Origin: an uncultured Succinatimonas sp.
GTDB lineage: Bacteria; Pseudomonadota; Gammaproteobacteria; Enterobacterales; Succinivibrionaceae
Length of the DNA stretch: 64,000 bases
NCBI GenBank assembly: GCA_938014345.1
Contig: CALLSM010000036.1
Coordinates: 1,672-65,671, forward strand
Direction of reading: 5' to 3'
Shown: one piece after another, positions 21,663-31,916 of the stretch
How positions within the stretch are numbered: position 1 is the first letter of the stretch
Layout: the number at the start of each line of letters is the position of its first letter
Notes under the pieces: model-generated
What the model saw: the letters and a program-made list of their open reading frames with translations, nothing else
Database searches by the model: none
Told to the model about the DNA's origin: nothing
Program-made: the position numbers and the translations under genes

Positions 21663-23170
21663 GCCTTATGTCCTCCAATCTGCGCATTACGTTGTAGAGC
21701 AGTAGCACCTTCTTGTAGATCTGAGGCCTTAAAGACTGCATTTTTACCGTATTTATGCTTAAGATTTAACACGGCCTGCTGCAATTTACGCTCACGCTTT
21801 AAAGCTTGCGCTTTAAGTTCCTGCTTTTTTAATTCATCTTCATAATCAGTAAAGAGATCAAGTTGCCGGCCTTCACGCGGGTTTTCTATATAGGTATTTT
21901 CATCTTTAAGCTCGATAGCACAGAGATTGAGGCGGCGAATTAAGAGTAGCGGATTTACTAAGCGCTCAAATAATTTTAAGGCCGTCTCTACAATGAGACT
22001 ATCGGTATTACCGCATTGAGTTAAAGCCTCAGTGCCGTGGGCACTTTTAGGTACAGATCTACCATAGCGATCGCTCACAATTTCCCCTTTATAGCGTGAG
22101 GCGATATGGTGATTAGTGAGATTTTCGCGATCAAAACCCACTGTCAGCACGAGTTTTTGACAGACTAGATGCTTTTCAATGAGATTTAATGATAATTGTG
22201 AGGCCATCTCGCGCACCACTAAATGGGCCTTGTCATAAGGATAAGGACAGCTTAGGACCTGACCTTCACCTAAACTTTTGCGCTCGGGACGGATCTTTTT
22301 AATAGCGGCGATAGTGGTAGTTTCATAACCCCAAGCATGATCGATAAGCAATTCGGCATTGACGCCAAAGAGACGATAGAGCAGTGCTTGATTGTATAAA
22401 GAACAGCGGGCGACATCGCCCATAGTATAGATATTTACGGAAGCTAAACGTTTAGCATAACCTGGGCCTACGCGCCAAAAGTCGGTAATGGGGGTATAGG
22501 ACCAGAGGTATTGGCGATAATGCATTTCATCAAGTTTTGCTAAGCGCAAGCCCTTGTGATTAGGGCGAGCATGCTTAGCTAAGATATCCATGGCAATTTT
22601 GGCTAAATAAAGATTAGTGCCGATGCCGGCGGTAGCCGTAATACCGGTAGTCTCTAAAATCTCGCTGAGGACCTTTTCGGCAAGCTCCGAGGCTTTGAGA
22701 TTATAGTTTTTGACATAGGTGGTAGCATCGATAAAGACCTCATCTATAGAGTAGACATTGATATCAGTAGCTGAGAAATATTTAAGATAAATCTTATAGA
22801 TACGACTGCTGTAATCTAAGTAGAGCGCCATTTGTGGGGAGGCTACAATATAATCTATGGCATATTCAGGATGGTGCTTGATAAGACTTGCTACAGCGCT
22901 GCGATGCGTGAAGTTATGTGGCAGTTGCGCGCGCCTTTGATAATTGAGAGCGCGGACCTTTTGTACTACTTCAAAAAGGCGCGGCCTGCCGCTAATACCT
23001 AGAGCTTTAAGCGAGGGGCTGACTGCAAGACAGATGGTTTTTTCCGTGCGTGAGGCATCGGCGACTACTAAATGCGTATCGAGTGGATCTAAACCTCGCT
23101 CTACACATTCAACAGAGGCATAAAAGGATTTTAAGTCGATAGCGATATAGTAGCGACGCTCTGCATCCAT
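21659..23170 (-). CDS. Y-family (UmuC-like) translesion DNA polymerase, UvrX/YqjW (PolY2) type
   Basis: YIAIDLKSFYASVECVERGLDPLDTHLVVAD matches the PolY2 N-terminus. The SIDEVFID catalytic motif is present. Length is 503 aa. Confidence 0.8.
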   Translation of the reverse strand: MDAERRYYIAIDLKSFYASVECVERGLDPLDTHLVVADASRTEKTICLAVSPSLKALGISGRPRLFEVVQKVRALNYQRRAQLPHNFTHRSAVASLIKHHPEYAIDYIVASPQMALYLDYSSRIYKIYLKYFSATDINVYSIDEVFIDATTYVKNYNLKASELAEKVLSEILETTGITATAGIGTNLYLAKIAMDILAKHARPNHKGLRLAKLDEMHYRQYLWSYTPITDFWRVGPGYAKRLASVNIYTMGDVARCSLYNQALLYRLFGVNAELLIDHAWGYETTTIAAIKKIRPERKSLGEGQVLSCPYPYDKAHLVVREMASQLSLNLIEKHLVCQKLVLTVGFDRENLTNHHIASRYKGEIVSDRYGRSVPKSAHGTEALTQCGNTDSLIVETALKLFERLVNPLLLIRRLNLCAIELKDENTYIENPREGRQLDLFTDYEDELKKQELKAQALKRERKLQQAVLNLKHKYGKNAVFKASDLQEGATALQRNAQIGGHKA

Positions 23171-23307
23171 ATAAGCACACCATCAATCTAAGCTATCTAT
23201 AATTTTTATATATTATTACAGTATTTGTCAAATTTAATTTTAATTAAATTTTATATATAAAAATATTTTATATACCTAAAGAGTAGTGAGGGTGGGCAGA
23301 AACACAA

Positions 23308-23328
23308 AGAGGAGCATAAAGCTCCTCT
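23308..23328 (-). terminator. Hairpin downstream of purM
   Basis: The inverted repeat is agaggagc-ataaa-gctcctct. Confidence 0.45.
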
Positions 23329-23350
23329 TCAAGTTTTAAATCTTTAGAAA

Positions 23351-24388
23351 TTATTCAGAAATGGTAACCTGAGCGCCGTCAGCACCAACTTCCTTAATCT
23401 CACCTAATAACCAAGCGTTTTCACCGCTAGCCTTTAAGGTCTCGATGGTCTTAGCAACCTGATCCTTAGAAACAACAGCGATCATACCTACACCGCAGTT
23501 GAAGGTGCGATACATCTCGTGACGGGAAACACCACCGTTGTACTGTAACCAGTCAAAGACCTCAGGCCACTGCCAAGAAGTACCATCACAAGCGGCGCAG
23601 GTGCCCTTAGGCAGAACGCGCGGAATGTTCTCCCAGAAACCACCACCGGTAATGTGGGCTAAAGCGTGAACATCAACTTCCTTGATGAGCTTTAAGATGC
23701 TCTTTACATAGATCTTAGTCGGCTGTAATAAGGCATCGGCTAATAAAGCCCCAGAAGGTAAGCGGTCAACTAAAGGCTTAGCCTGAACTTCCTTTAAGAT
23801 ACGGCGAATTAAGGAATAGCCATTAGAGTGCGGGCCAGAAGAGCCGATAGCCACGATAGCATCACCAACCTTAACGGCGCTACCATCGATGATCTTAGGT
23901 TCATCAACTACACCAACGCTGAAACCGGCTAAATCATAATCACCGACCTCATACATACCCGGCATCTCGGCAGTCTCACCACCGACAAGGGCGCAACCGG
24001 CTAATTCACAGCCGTAAGCGATACCAGATACTACCTTAGTGGCGACATCAACATTGAGTTTACCAGTGCCATAATAGTCTAAGAATAATAAAGGCTCAGC
24101 ACCCTGAACGATAAGGTCGTTGACGCACATTGCAACTAAGTCCTGACCTACAGTGTCATGACGGTTGAGGTCAATGGCCAGACGTAATTTAGTGCCGACA
24201 CCGTCGGTACCAGTGACTAAAACAGGGTGTTCGTAACCGGCAGGAATGCGGGTAAGGGCGCCAAAGCCGCCTAAACCGCCGATAACTTCCGGACGGTTAG
24301 TGCGTTTTACCGGAGCTTTGATGCGTTCTACAAGTTCTTCACCGGCATCAATATCTACACCGGCATCTTTATAGGTTAAATTGGCCAT
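23351..24388 (-). CDS. purM: Phosphoribosylformylglycinamidine cyclo-ligase
   Basis: The protein is 345 aa and has the AIR synthetase motifs (DAGVDIDAG ... GGLGGFG ... [10 protein letters not shown]). Confidence 0.93.
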   Translation of the reverse strand: MANLTYKDAGVDIDAGEELVERIKAPVKRTNRPEVIGGLGGFGALTRIPAGYEHPVLVTGTDGVGTKLRLAIDLNRHDTVGQDLVAMCVNDLIVQGAEPLLFLDYYGTGKLNVDVATKVVSGIAYGCELAGCALVGGETAEMPGMYEVGDYDLAGFSVGVVDEPKIIDGSAVKVGDAIVAIGSSGPHSNGYSLIRRILKEVQAKPLVDRLPSGALLADALLQPTKIYVKSILKLIKEVDVHALAHITGGGFWENIPRVLPKGTCAACDGTSWQWPEVFDWLQYNGGVSRHEMYRTFNCGVGMIAVVSKDQVAKTIETLKASGENAWLLGEIKEVGADGAQVTISE

Positions 24389-24526
24389 GACTGTCTCCAG
24401 AAAAAAATATGGCCATAATTTTACTAGATTGCTGAGATTTGTGCCATAAAATTCTGAAAATTTGCCTTATCTGAGTGTGGTAAAATTGACTTTAAAGGAA
24501 ATTATCTAATCAAAAGGCATAATTTT

Positions 24527-25612
24527 ATGAAAAGTAAGTCTGTTGTAGCTGCAATTTTAGCTTTAGGCTTGAGTAGTTTGGCTTTATCAGTACAAGCCAC
24601 GGAGGGTCCATTAGTCTATCAAGAGGATCTGAGTTTAGGTATTGATGGCGCTTTTAAGAGTGCTTTTGCTAAAGCTACTGCGAGTATAGCTGCAGGCGAA
24701 AGTGTCGATCTGAGCGTCGAGGAGATGATGGCTATGTGTCAAAACGTCGCCATCTTTAATGATAAGCTTGATGTAAGCTTTGATGCTGCCAAAATTAAGC
24801 AGACTTTAAATACCATGGGTATCTCCTCATGGGCGGGTATGGACGAACCGGTCATCTTATGGCTGTGTGTCGATGGCAATATAGTCGGAGCTGGCGATAA
24901 TAATGCTTTTGTACAGGAGCTTAAGGCTAAAGCTCAGGAACGCCACTATCAGATCATGTTGCCGCTCATGGATATTGACGATATTCAAGCTGTAAGTGCT
25001 GAGACTATTTTAAATAACGATATGGACAAGCTTGCAAAAGCCTCAAAGCGTTATGGCAATAGCTTTATTATCAGCGCTAAGGTCGCCACCGATAGCGAGG
25101 GTAAGCCACAAGTCTCCTTCAATGTTTTTGATCATAAATCTCAGATCTTAGATAAAAGTGTAAGTGCAGGTGAAGCAGTTGCCTCTGAGATGGCCCGTCA
25201 CATCGCTGATACTTTAAAGAATAATACCCAAAATACCGCCACCGCTTCAGCTACGGATTATTTTGAATTAGGTCCAGGTCAGGATTTTGTGAGAATTTTA
25301 ATTAGCAATGTCCAGAATGTGGTCGATTATGACAAAATTACTAGTAGCTTAGTCTCTTTTGGTTATTCTGCACACAGTCCAATTGTGGCCCGTACTGGAG
25401 AGGGCATCATTGTCGAAGTCAAAGCATCCTCGGGTGCGGAGATTTTAGATGGTACCTTAGCTCACAGTGGCACCTTTACTAAGACTGCCTCTTGGACCTA
25501 TACCTTTAATAAATCTGCAGGTGAGGTCAGAGCCGATCGTGGGGGTATTGAAAAGGGCTTGCCCAATCTCATTCGTTCAAGCTTTGAGGTAGAGGCTCAG
25601 GCTGCACAATAA
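24527..25612 (+). CDS. Exported conserved protein of unknown function (DUF2066-like), as found upstream of hda in Vibrio-like genomes
   Basis: A signal peptide is present and no enzymatic motif was seen. The position between purM and hda is conserved in other genomes. Confidence 0.5.
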   Translation: MKSKSVVAAILALGLSSLALSVQATEGPLVYQEDLSLGIDGAFKSAFAKATASIAAGESVDLSVEEMMAMCQNVAIFNDKLDVSFDAAKIKQTLNTMGISSWAGMDEPVILWLCVDGNIVGAGDNNAFVQELKAKAQERHYQIMLPLMDIDDIQAVSAETILNNDMDKLAKASKRYGNSFIISAKVATDSEGKPQVSFNVFDHKSQILDKSVSAGEAVASEMARHIADTLKNNTQNTATASATDYFELGPGQDFVRILISNVQNVVDYDKITSSLVSFGYSAHSPIVARTGEGIIVEVKASSGAEILDGTLAHSGTFTKTASWTYTFNKSAGEVRADRGGIEKGLPNLIRSSFEVEAQAAQ

Positions 25613-25623
25613 AAGGAGCTTTT

Positions 25624-26325
25624 GTGAATCACGAACCCTATCAGGAAACTTTGCCATTTCAGATCTACGACCGTGGTGATTTTAATACCTATGTCGTAGG
25701 TTCTAATGAAGCTACGGTTAGGGTTTTAAAGCAGGCCGTAGAGAAGAAGAGCCATGAATTCTATTATGTCTTCGGCCCGCATGGCTGTGGCAAGACGCAT
25801 CTATTAAATGCCTTGTATCGAAGCTTAAAAAATCCAGCTTTGCAGTGCTTTTATTTGGATTTGCGTCAGGGCATGATGCTAAGCCCACAGCTTTTAAATA
25901 TTCGTCTGCCGCAATTTATCATTATCGATAATGCCGATACTGCAGCTGGGGATAGTGATTGGGAGTTAGCGCTTTTTGATCTCTTCAATCGTTGGTATGA
26001 CAAGCGCTCGGGCACTCTGATTATGAGTGGTAGTTGCTCTTACGATCAAATCCCTTTTTTACGCGCTGATCTCAATACGCGTCTAGGCTCAGGAGTCAGC
26101 TTACCTTTAAACTTCTTAGATGAAAATCAATGCATCGAGGCGATTAAAAAGCGCGCTGAGGGTAGAGCTTTCACTATACCTGAGGCGACAGCTGCGTTTT
26201 TAGTGCGTCATTTCAATCGCGATATGAAAAACCTCATGCAGCTTTTAGACATTCTCGATAGGGCGCAGTTTTCACAGCGCCATCAATTGACTATTCCCTT
26301 TGTCAAAAAAGTGCTCAAGATGTAA
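25624..26325 (+). CDS. hda: DnaA regulatory inactivator Hda
   Basis: The 233-aa protein has a degenerate AAA+ Walker A motif (FGPHGCGKTHLL) and the Hda family length. Confidence 0.8.
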   Translation: MNHEPYQETLPFQIYDRGDFNTYVVGSNEATVRVLKQAVEKKSHEFYYVFGPHGCGKTHLLNALYRSLKNPALQCFYLDLRQGMMLSPQLLNIRLPQFIIIDNADTAAGDSDWELALFDLFNRWYDKRSGTLIMSGSCSYDQIPFLRADLNTRLGSGVSLPLNFLDENQCIEAIKKRAEGRAFTIPEATAAFLVRHFNRDMKNLMQLLDILDRAQFSQRHQLTIPFVKKVLKM

Positions 26326-27786
26326 TTACTCATCTTTAGAGATCTTCTCATCAAAGGCTCTTTGATTGCTTAAAGCTGCCATCTTGGCGCGGATAATTTC
26401 ACGCTCATTGCCTGAGCAGACATTGAGCGCTTCACTATACATACCTAAAGCGCGGCTATAGTTTGACTGCATGCCAAAGACTTTAGCCTTGCTTTGCAAG
26501 CCTAGGCACTTTTGATTGAACTTAAGATAGGAGTCAGCTAATAGATCATTGATAAGAAAATCATCAGGATGCTGTTGCAGATATCTCTTTAAAATTTTCA
26601 CTGCCTTAGCGCTTTGATGATTTTCATTGAGGGCATTAGCATAATTTGCCACTATCGCCTCATTATCAGGACGGCGCTCATAGAGACTTTGTAGGCGTGA
26701 GATCGCGCGTTCTTTATGATTATTTTCAAGATCGATATCGGTAAGCAGATCGACTACAAAGATATTAGATCCTAAATTAAGTTCATCTAAGTAAGCTTGC
26801 GCTTGAGAGTATTGTTTTAATTCAAAGGCGATGAGGGCTAGGGCATAGAGACGATAGGTGCGATTGATCTTATTTGGATCTGCTTTGAGGTGCTCATAGA
26901 AAGCTTTGAGATCATAATTCATATAGCGCACATCGATGCGGGCCTTAGCGAGCATGAAATCGGGATTTTTGGAGTTTTTGCGCTGTGGATAACTGCGAGC
27001 GCGATTGATAGCCTCTGCGGTGCGGATCTCTGATAAAGGGTGATCGATAAGCATGGAGAAGACCGGATTGATATTACCCTGCATCGCGGTGAGTTTTTGA
27101 AAAAGATTGCTCATGCCATAGGGATTGAAACCGGCTTTATAGAGCAGATCGATACCTAATCTGTCAGCTTCATATTCATTACTGCGGGTGAAGTTGATAT
27201 CAGCCTGTGTGGTAGCGCCAATGGAAGTAGAGAGCGCGGCCATACCCATCATCGGATTGATGACCGCCATTGCCACTGCACCTATCATTGAGGCTATGGT
27301 CAAAGGCTGGCGGTCAAGCTGCTCTTCGATAAAGCGGGCGATATGTCTTTGGGTGACGTGTGAGATTTCGTGAGCTAAAACCGAGGCAAATTCGTCCTCA
27401 GTATCGGCATAATGAAAAAGTCCGGTATAGACCTGAATCTTACCGCCTAAGAAGGCTGAGGCGTTGAGCTCTTTATTATTGACGATGAAAAACTCAAAGG
27501 GGAAATATACATTGTCAGATTGCATGACAAGTTTATTGCCTACATAGTTGAGGTATTCATTGAGTACCGGATCGTTGGCAATATTGAGACTGCCGCGGGC
27601 TAAGCGCATGAAATACTCGCCTATAGCCTTTTCGCGTTGTACAGTGATGCCCCGGGTGCCGGAGTTTCCTAAATCGGGTAGGTCGAAACTTTGAGCTGTG
27701 ACGCTTGCACCTAACAGGAGCATAGCGCTAGCTAAGGCGGCCTTAAAAGACTTTAATAACATGTATATCCTTGATTTGCACAACAT
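26326..27786 (-). CDS. bepA: Beta-barrel assembly-enhancing protease BepA (M48 peptidase with TPR)
   Basis: A signal peptide, the HEISHVTQRH (HExxH) motif and C-terminal TPR repeats are present. Length is 486 aa. Confidence 0.8.
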   Translation of the reverse strand: MLCKSRIYMLLKSFKAALASAMLLLGASVTAQSFDLPDLGNSGTRGITVQREKAIGEYFMRLARGSLNIANDPVLNEYLNYVGNKLVMQSDNVYFPFEFFIVNNKELNASAFLGGKIQVYTGLFHYADTEDEFASVLAHEISHVTQRHIARFIEEQLDRQPLTIASMIGAVAMAVINPMMGMAALSTSIGATTQADINFTRSNEYEADRLGIDLLYKAGFNPYGMSNLFQKLTAMQGNINPVFSMLIDHPLSEIRTAEAINRARSYPQRKNSKNPDFMLAKARIDVRYMNYDLKAFYEHLKADPNKINRTYRLYALALIAFELKQYSQAQAYLDELNLGSNIFVVDLLTDIDLENNHKERAISRLQSLYERRPDNEAIVANYANALNENHQSAKAVKILKRYLQQHPDDFLINDLLADSYLKFNQKCLGLQSKAKVFGMQSNYSRALGMYSEALNVCSGNEREIIRAKMAALSNQRAFDEKISKDE

Positions 27787-27889
27787 AATAAAAGTTGCAA
27801 ATTGAGATCAATTTAAATTTGCGTATATACTTTTCAAAATTATAGAATTATTTGGTTCTTACGCATAAAAAATTCTTGGAAATTTCCTT

Positions 27890-29101
27890 ATGTTTGTTTT
27901 GCTTAAAAGATGGTATTGGCGACATTTTTCGCAACCTGGTACCATCGAGTTTGCCTTAGTATTAGTAGGTGCCTTTCTTATCGTCTATTATTTTATGTGG
28001 CTAGTAGGCCCTATTGTAGTGGCCTTATGCTTATCCTATTGCTTAGATTGGGCAGTAAGATGGGCTATTCGTCGCTTTAGAATATCGCGTTTTTGCGCCG
28101 CGACCTTGACGATGACGCTTTTTATCGGTTTATGTGTCGGCATTATGCTATTTGTGGTGCCTAAGCTATTACAGCAGGGTAGTGAGTTCTATCAAAAGGC
28201 CCAGGAATTTAGCCAAAATGCCTCAGAGAGTGCGGATATTGCCGATGAAAATCTCGATGAAGTAGTAGCTTCGACTATCTATGATCTCATCGAGCGCATG
28301 CCTGAGCCTTTAAGTAGCATGGTAAGTCGTGAGGAAATTGAAGTGGCGGTCAATGATGCGCGTACCTCCATCATGAAAAATCTCACCGTCATCATCAAAA
28401 CGCAGATCATGCCCTCGGTAATGAATGTGGCTACTTGGCTTATGTATGTGGTGATTGTGCCTATCTTTATGTTTTTGATGCTAGCTAATAAGCATGTCTT
28501 GCAAAGGCGCATTCGTACCTATATTCTGCCAAATAATCAGGCCTTAATCTCGGTATTTTGGCCTAGGATCAATGCCCAGATTGAAGGCTATATTCGCGGT
28601 AAGCTCATCCATATCTTTGTGATTACCATAGTAAATACCATAGCCTTTCTCTTCTTTGATCTCAATTTCTCCTTCCTTTTAGGTTTAGGCGTGGGTTTGT
28701 CGGTAGTGATCCCCTATGTCGGTGCCGTTATCATCACTGTGCCTATCATCCTTATCGGTATGGTGCAATTTGGCTTAAGTTCGACTTTCTTCTATCTTTT
28801 AGCGGTCTATATCATCATTCAGCTTTTAGATAGTAATGTCTTAACGCCATATCTCTTCTCAAAGGCCATGAATCTCGATGCTTTCTCGATCTTAGCTGCC
28901 ATTATGATTTTTGGCGGTTTATGGGGCTTTTGGGGTGTTTTCTTCTCTATTCCCTTAGCAACCTTTATCGGAACTTTGATCGTGCATTGGCCTAATGCCG
29001 AGACTGATCCACCCTTGAAGGCTCTAGGGGGAGGTAAAGCTAAGGATGAAACCTTCCCAGAAGAAGAGGAAGATGGGCAACAGAGTACAGAAACTAAATA
29101 A
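27890..29101 (+). CDS. perM: AI-2E family transporter (PerM/YfgO-like permease)
   Basis: The protein is a polytopic membrane protein. Its position divergent from bepA matches enteric synteny. Confidence 0.7.
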   Translation: MFVLLKRWYWRHFSQPGTIEFALVLVGAFLIVYYFMWLVGPIVVALCLSYCLDWAVRWAIRRFRISRFCAATLTMTLFIGLCVGIMLFVVPKLLQQGSEFYQKAQEFSQNASESADIADENLDEVVASTIYDLIERMPEPLSSMVSREEIEVAVNDARTSIMKNLTVIIKTQIMPSVMNVATWLMYVVIVPIFMFLMLANKHVLQRRIRTYILPNNQALISVFWPRINAQIEGYIRGKLIHIFVITIVNTIAFLFFDLNFSFLLGLGVGLSVVIPYVGAVIITVPIILIGMVQFGLSSTFFYLLAVYIIIQLLDSNVLTPYLFSKAMNLDAFSILAAIMIFGGLWGFWGVFFSIPLATFIGTLIVHWPNAETDPPLKALGGGKAKDETFPEEEEDGQQSTETK

Positions 29102-29147
29102 AGTTCTGAAATATTCAGGGGCGGAATTTCCGCCCCTGAGTGTTTTA

Positions 29148-29984
29148 TTAGTACATTAAAGTATAGAGCTTACGTCTGAAGGTCTTCTGTAAGGCATTAC
29201 CATTGAGGGTATTGAGAATATCTAAGAAGGTCTTTTTGATCTCGTTTTGGCTTAAGTCGTGCTTTAAAACTTCAAAGAGCAGATTTAAAGCTTCCTCGTG
29301 ACGACCGCCTTCAGAGAGGGCGATGGCGAGCTTATTGACGATCTCTAAATCCTCAGGGTGTTCCTCATGGGCCTTTTGCAGATCGCGGATCTGCGGAGAA
29401 TCAGCGGCGCTTTCAGCTAAGGTGAGGGAGGAGATTAAATCCTTATATTCCTGCTCATTTTGCTCTTCACGACCGGCATTGTCTAAAAGCTCATGGGCGC
29501 GGGTGAGATCCTTAGTCTTAATGCATAAGCGGGCAAGCATGAATTTTAAATCTAAGCGAGTTGGAGCTTCACTATAGGCTTCATTGGCCTTGATAATAGC
29601 CTCAGCGAGCTTATTTTGAGCCTCAGCTTCTAAAGCTTCACGCATGAGATTATCCGCTTTAGAGGGCATGTATTTAGCGACAGTGTCGGTGATCTTAGAG
29701 ACAATATCATCACCCTGTAAGGCATCTACTGGCTGTGAATTTTTGAGTACTACTAAGGTTGGCACTGAGCGCAGACCTAATTGCATGGCAATAGCCTGAC
29801 CTACCTCAGATGAAACATCAGCCTCAACTAAGGCTACATAATCATTGCTCTCAGGCACATTAGCCTTAACTGCGGCGGTAGCAGCCTGGCACTCAGGAGC
29901 ATTAACAAAGAAATAAACAAAGACCGCTTTAGTAGCAGAGTTCTTAACTAAAAGGTCTTGGACGTTATTTTCATCAAGGAGCAT
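29148..29984 (-). CDS. cnoX: Thioredoxin-like chaperedoxin CnoX/YbbN with C-terminal TPR
   Basis: The thioredoxin fold has a single Cys (NAPEC), followed by TPR helices. Length is 278 aa. Confidence 0.7.
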   Translation of the reverse strand: MLLDENNVQDLLVKNSATKAVFVYFFVNAPECQAATAAVKANVPESNDYVALVEADVSSEVGQAIAMQLGLRSVPTLVVLKNSQPVDALQGDDIVSKITDTVAKYMPSKADNLMREALEAEAQNKLAEAIIKANEAYSEAPTRLDLKFMLARLCIKTKDLTRAHELLDNAGREEQNEQEYKDLISSLTLAESAADSPQIRDLQKAHEEHPEDLEIVNKLAIALSEGGRHEEALNLLFEVLKHDLSQNEIKKTFLDILNTLNGNALQKTFRRKLYTLMY

Positions 29985-29987
29985 TTT

Positions 29988-31715
29988 TTAATCCTTAAAG
30001 CGATTGAGATCCTGCATTGCGCGGATCAGGTTTTTTAAATTAGGGCGGATAGGGAGACGATTACCCGAAGCCTCAATGAAGGCTGAGCCATTATTGTCAT
30101 AAACCGTCACCACATCCTGAGCTACAAGTAAAAGCTTGTTGCCATTGGTAGTTACAAAGAAATCTCGCTGCGTCAGACCTTCAAGGCTGATACCTAGAGT
30201 ATAGGTAGCGGCAGTATTAGTGATGCCTAATACCTGATGGCCGATGGTAGCTGGCAAATCATAAGCGGAGGTAATGGTATTGACGCTCTCACCTTGATAT
30301 TCACCAAAAGGCCATAAAATCATCAAAGGCACATGCTGTGAATTGCGATTGTAGATCTTACTGCCATCGCTTAAAAGCGGATTGCCTAAGGCCGAGGTTA
30401 TGATGACTAAGGTATCATTGAGGCGCTCATTGCTCTCTAAAGTCTGCATAAATTGCGCTAAGAGGCTGTCGATATGTTTGAGAATGCGCTCACGCTCTTT
30501 CTCTTTAAGATTGCCATCGCAGAGATCGTTGAGGCTAATGCGTAAAGCAAAATTGCGCTTAGGATTTATAGTCTCTATATATTCAGAGGCCTTAGCTAAA
30601 ACCTCGCTTTCATTGGCGAAATTATCTAAATTACTGTGTCTAAAGCCAAAGAAGCTCTGCTTTTGATAAGCGCTCTTATCGGCAATGAGGCGCACTAAAT
30701 ATTCCTGACGATGCATTTCATCGACAATAACAGGGGCGATGTCCTTAGCTAAAAGGGCATTGCGATATTGAATCGGCAGACCATAATTGAGGGCAAAGTC
30801 ATTATCTGAGAGTTTTACATAGGGCAGATAATGATTTTCATAGCTCTGAGCGCGGTGCTTAAAGGCCCATAAATTGGGGGTATGTGCACTTGAAAGATCA
30901 GATCTGGACATACCATTGATAAAGATCATCACTACCGAGCGCTGTGGCGGCATTGCCGCGATATTTAAAGGCTCGAGCGGATAGCGCAAGGCCATATCCA
31001 CAGTTCTCTGGCTTTTAGTATTATCAGCAATCCAACCGTGATTGGAGAGGAAGGATTTAGCTGTCATCGGATAATGGGCTGGGAAGACTGGTCTTAGGAT
31101 ATTGATAGCCTCATGGCGTGTAGCATCTGCCCAAATATGGATACTGTGCGAGGAGATGAAAGCTAAGGTGAGGGCGATAATCACAATGGATGGGAAGTGA
31201 TTGTGACGTATTTTGCTTCTGTAGATTTCGCGGGTGGAGAGCTTGGCAAAGAGGAGCTCAAAGGCGATAACAATAGGGATAGCAATCCACAGAAAATTGT
31301 AATTTAAACCGGTTTTAAAATCTAAATCTCCAAAAATTAAACCTAAAACCACTACCGACAGATGGACGCGGGCGGATAAAAAGAGTTTAGCGTCGACAAG
31401 CAAGATGGTAAAGGCAATGATAGCTGTGATGATGGAGAGATATTTGTAGATATGATAATTGCCGATAAAGGATAGGGGAAAGAGAATGATGAGATACGTC
31501 AGGAAGGTCAAAAAGCTCATTTGACCTAACCAGGTGATGATGAGGTAGATAAAAGAAATGAAGCTGTCAGTATGCGGGGCGGCATAGACATAAACGCTAC
31601 CTATGAGAATAGCTAAAAAGATATTTAAAAAGAGAAAATGATGGCCCCAAGTATTACTTCTTGAAACCTGTTCCTTATAGGAAAATATATTTAAGATTTT
31701 GATTGTTTGACGCAT
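29988..31715 (-). CDS. yejM: Inner-membrane protein YejM/PbgA/LapC (DUF3413 plus sulfatase-like periplasmic domain)
   Basis: There are five N-terminal transmembrane helices and then a sulfatase-fold domain. Length is 575 aa against 586 aa in E. coli. Confidence 0.7.
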   Translation of the reverse strand: MRQTIKILNIFSYKEQVSRSNTWGHHFLFLNIFLAILIGSVYVYAAPHTDSFISFIYLIITWLGQMSFLTFLTYLIILFPLSFIGNYHIYKYLSIITAIIAFTILLVDAKLFLSARVHLSVVVLGLIFGDLDFKTGLNYNFLWIAIPIVIAFELLFAKLSTREIYRSKIRHNHFPSIVIIALTLAFISSHSIHIWADATRHEAINILRPVFPAHYPMTAKSFLSNHGWIADNTKSQRTVDMALRYPLEPLNIAAMPPQRSVVMIFINGMSRSDLSSAHTPNLWAFKHRAQSYENHYLPYVKLSDNDFALNYGLPIQYRNALLAKDIAPVIVDEMHRQEYLVRLIADKSAYQKQSFFGFRHSNLDNFANESEVLAKASEYIETINPKRNFALRISLNDLCDGNLKEKERERILKHIDSLLAQFMQTLESNERLNDTLVIITSALGNPLLSDGSKIYNRNSQHVPLMILWPFGEYQGESVNTITSAYDLPATIGHQVLGITNTAATYTLGISLEGLTQRDFFVTTNGNKLLLVAQDVVTVYDNNGSAFIEASGNRLPIRPNLKNLIRAMQDLNRFKD

Positions 31716-31753
31716 TGCTACCTTCTCAATCTGGCAATGGCTTCATTTTAACA

Positions 31754-31881
31754 TTGTTTTGTCAAAACAAAGATTTCAGAAAAAATTCTCAAAAAACTTT
31801 TCGTATTTACAGCCTAAATTTACCTAAATAACGCGCAAAGTGCCACCTAAAGATTAGCCCCTGATTTTGCTTTTGACAAAA
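31754..31881. promoter_or_regulatory. Two TTTTG-N-CAAAA palindromes in the divergent yejM / vWA-gene promoter region
   Basis: ttgttttgtcaaaacaa lies at 31754-31770 (8-bp arms). ttttgacaaaa lies at 31871-31881. Confidence 0.35.
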
Positions 31882-31916
31882 TTTAGGTATTTTTTAATCG
31901 ATAAAAGGAGGGGGTT

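Noticed and set aside
23171-23350. SOS (LexA) box upstream of the Y-family polymerase
   Set aside because: Neither CTGT-N8-ACAG nor GAAC-N4-GTTC was found by eye. SOS control is not excluded, but there is no sequence support.
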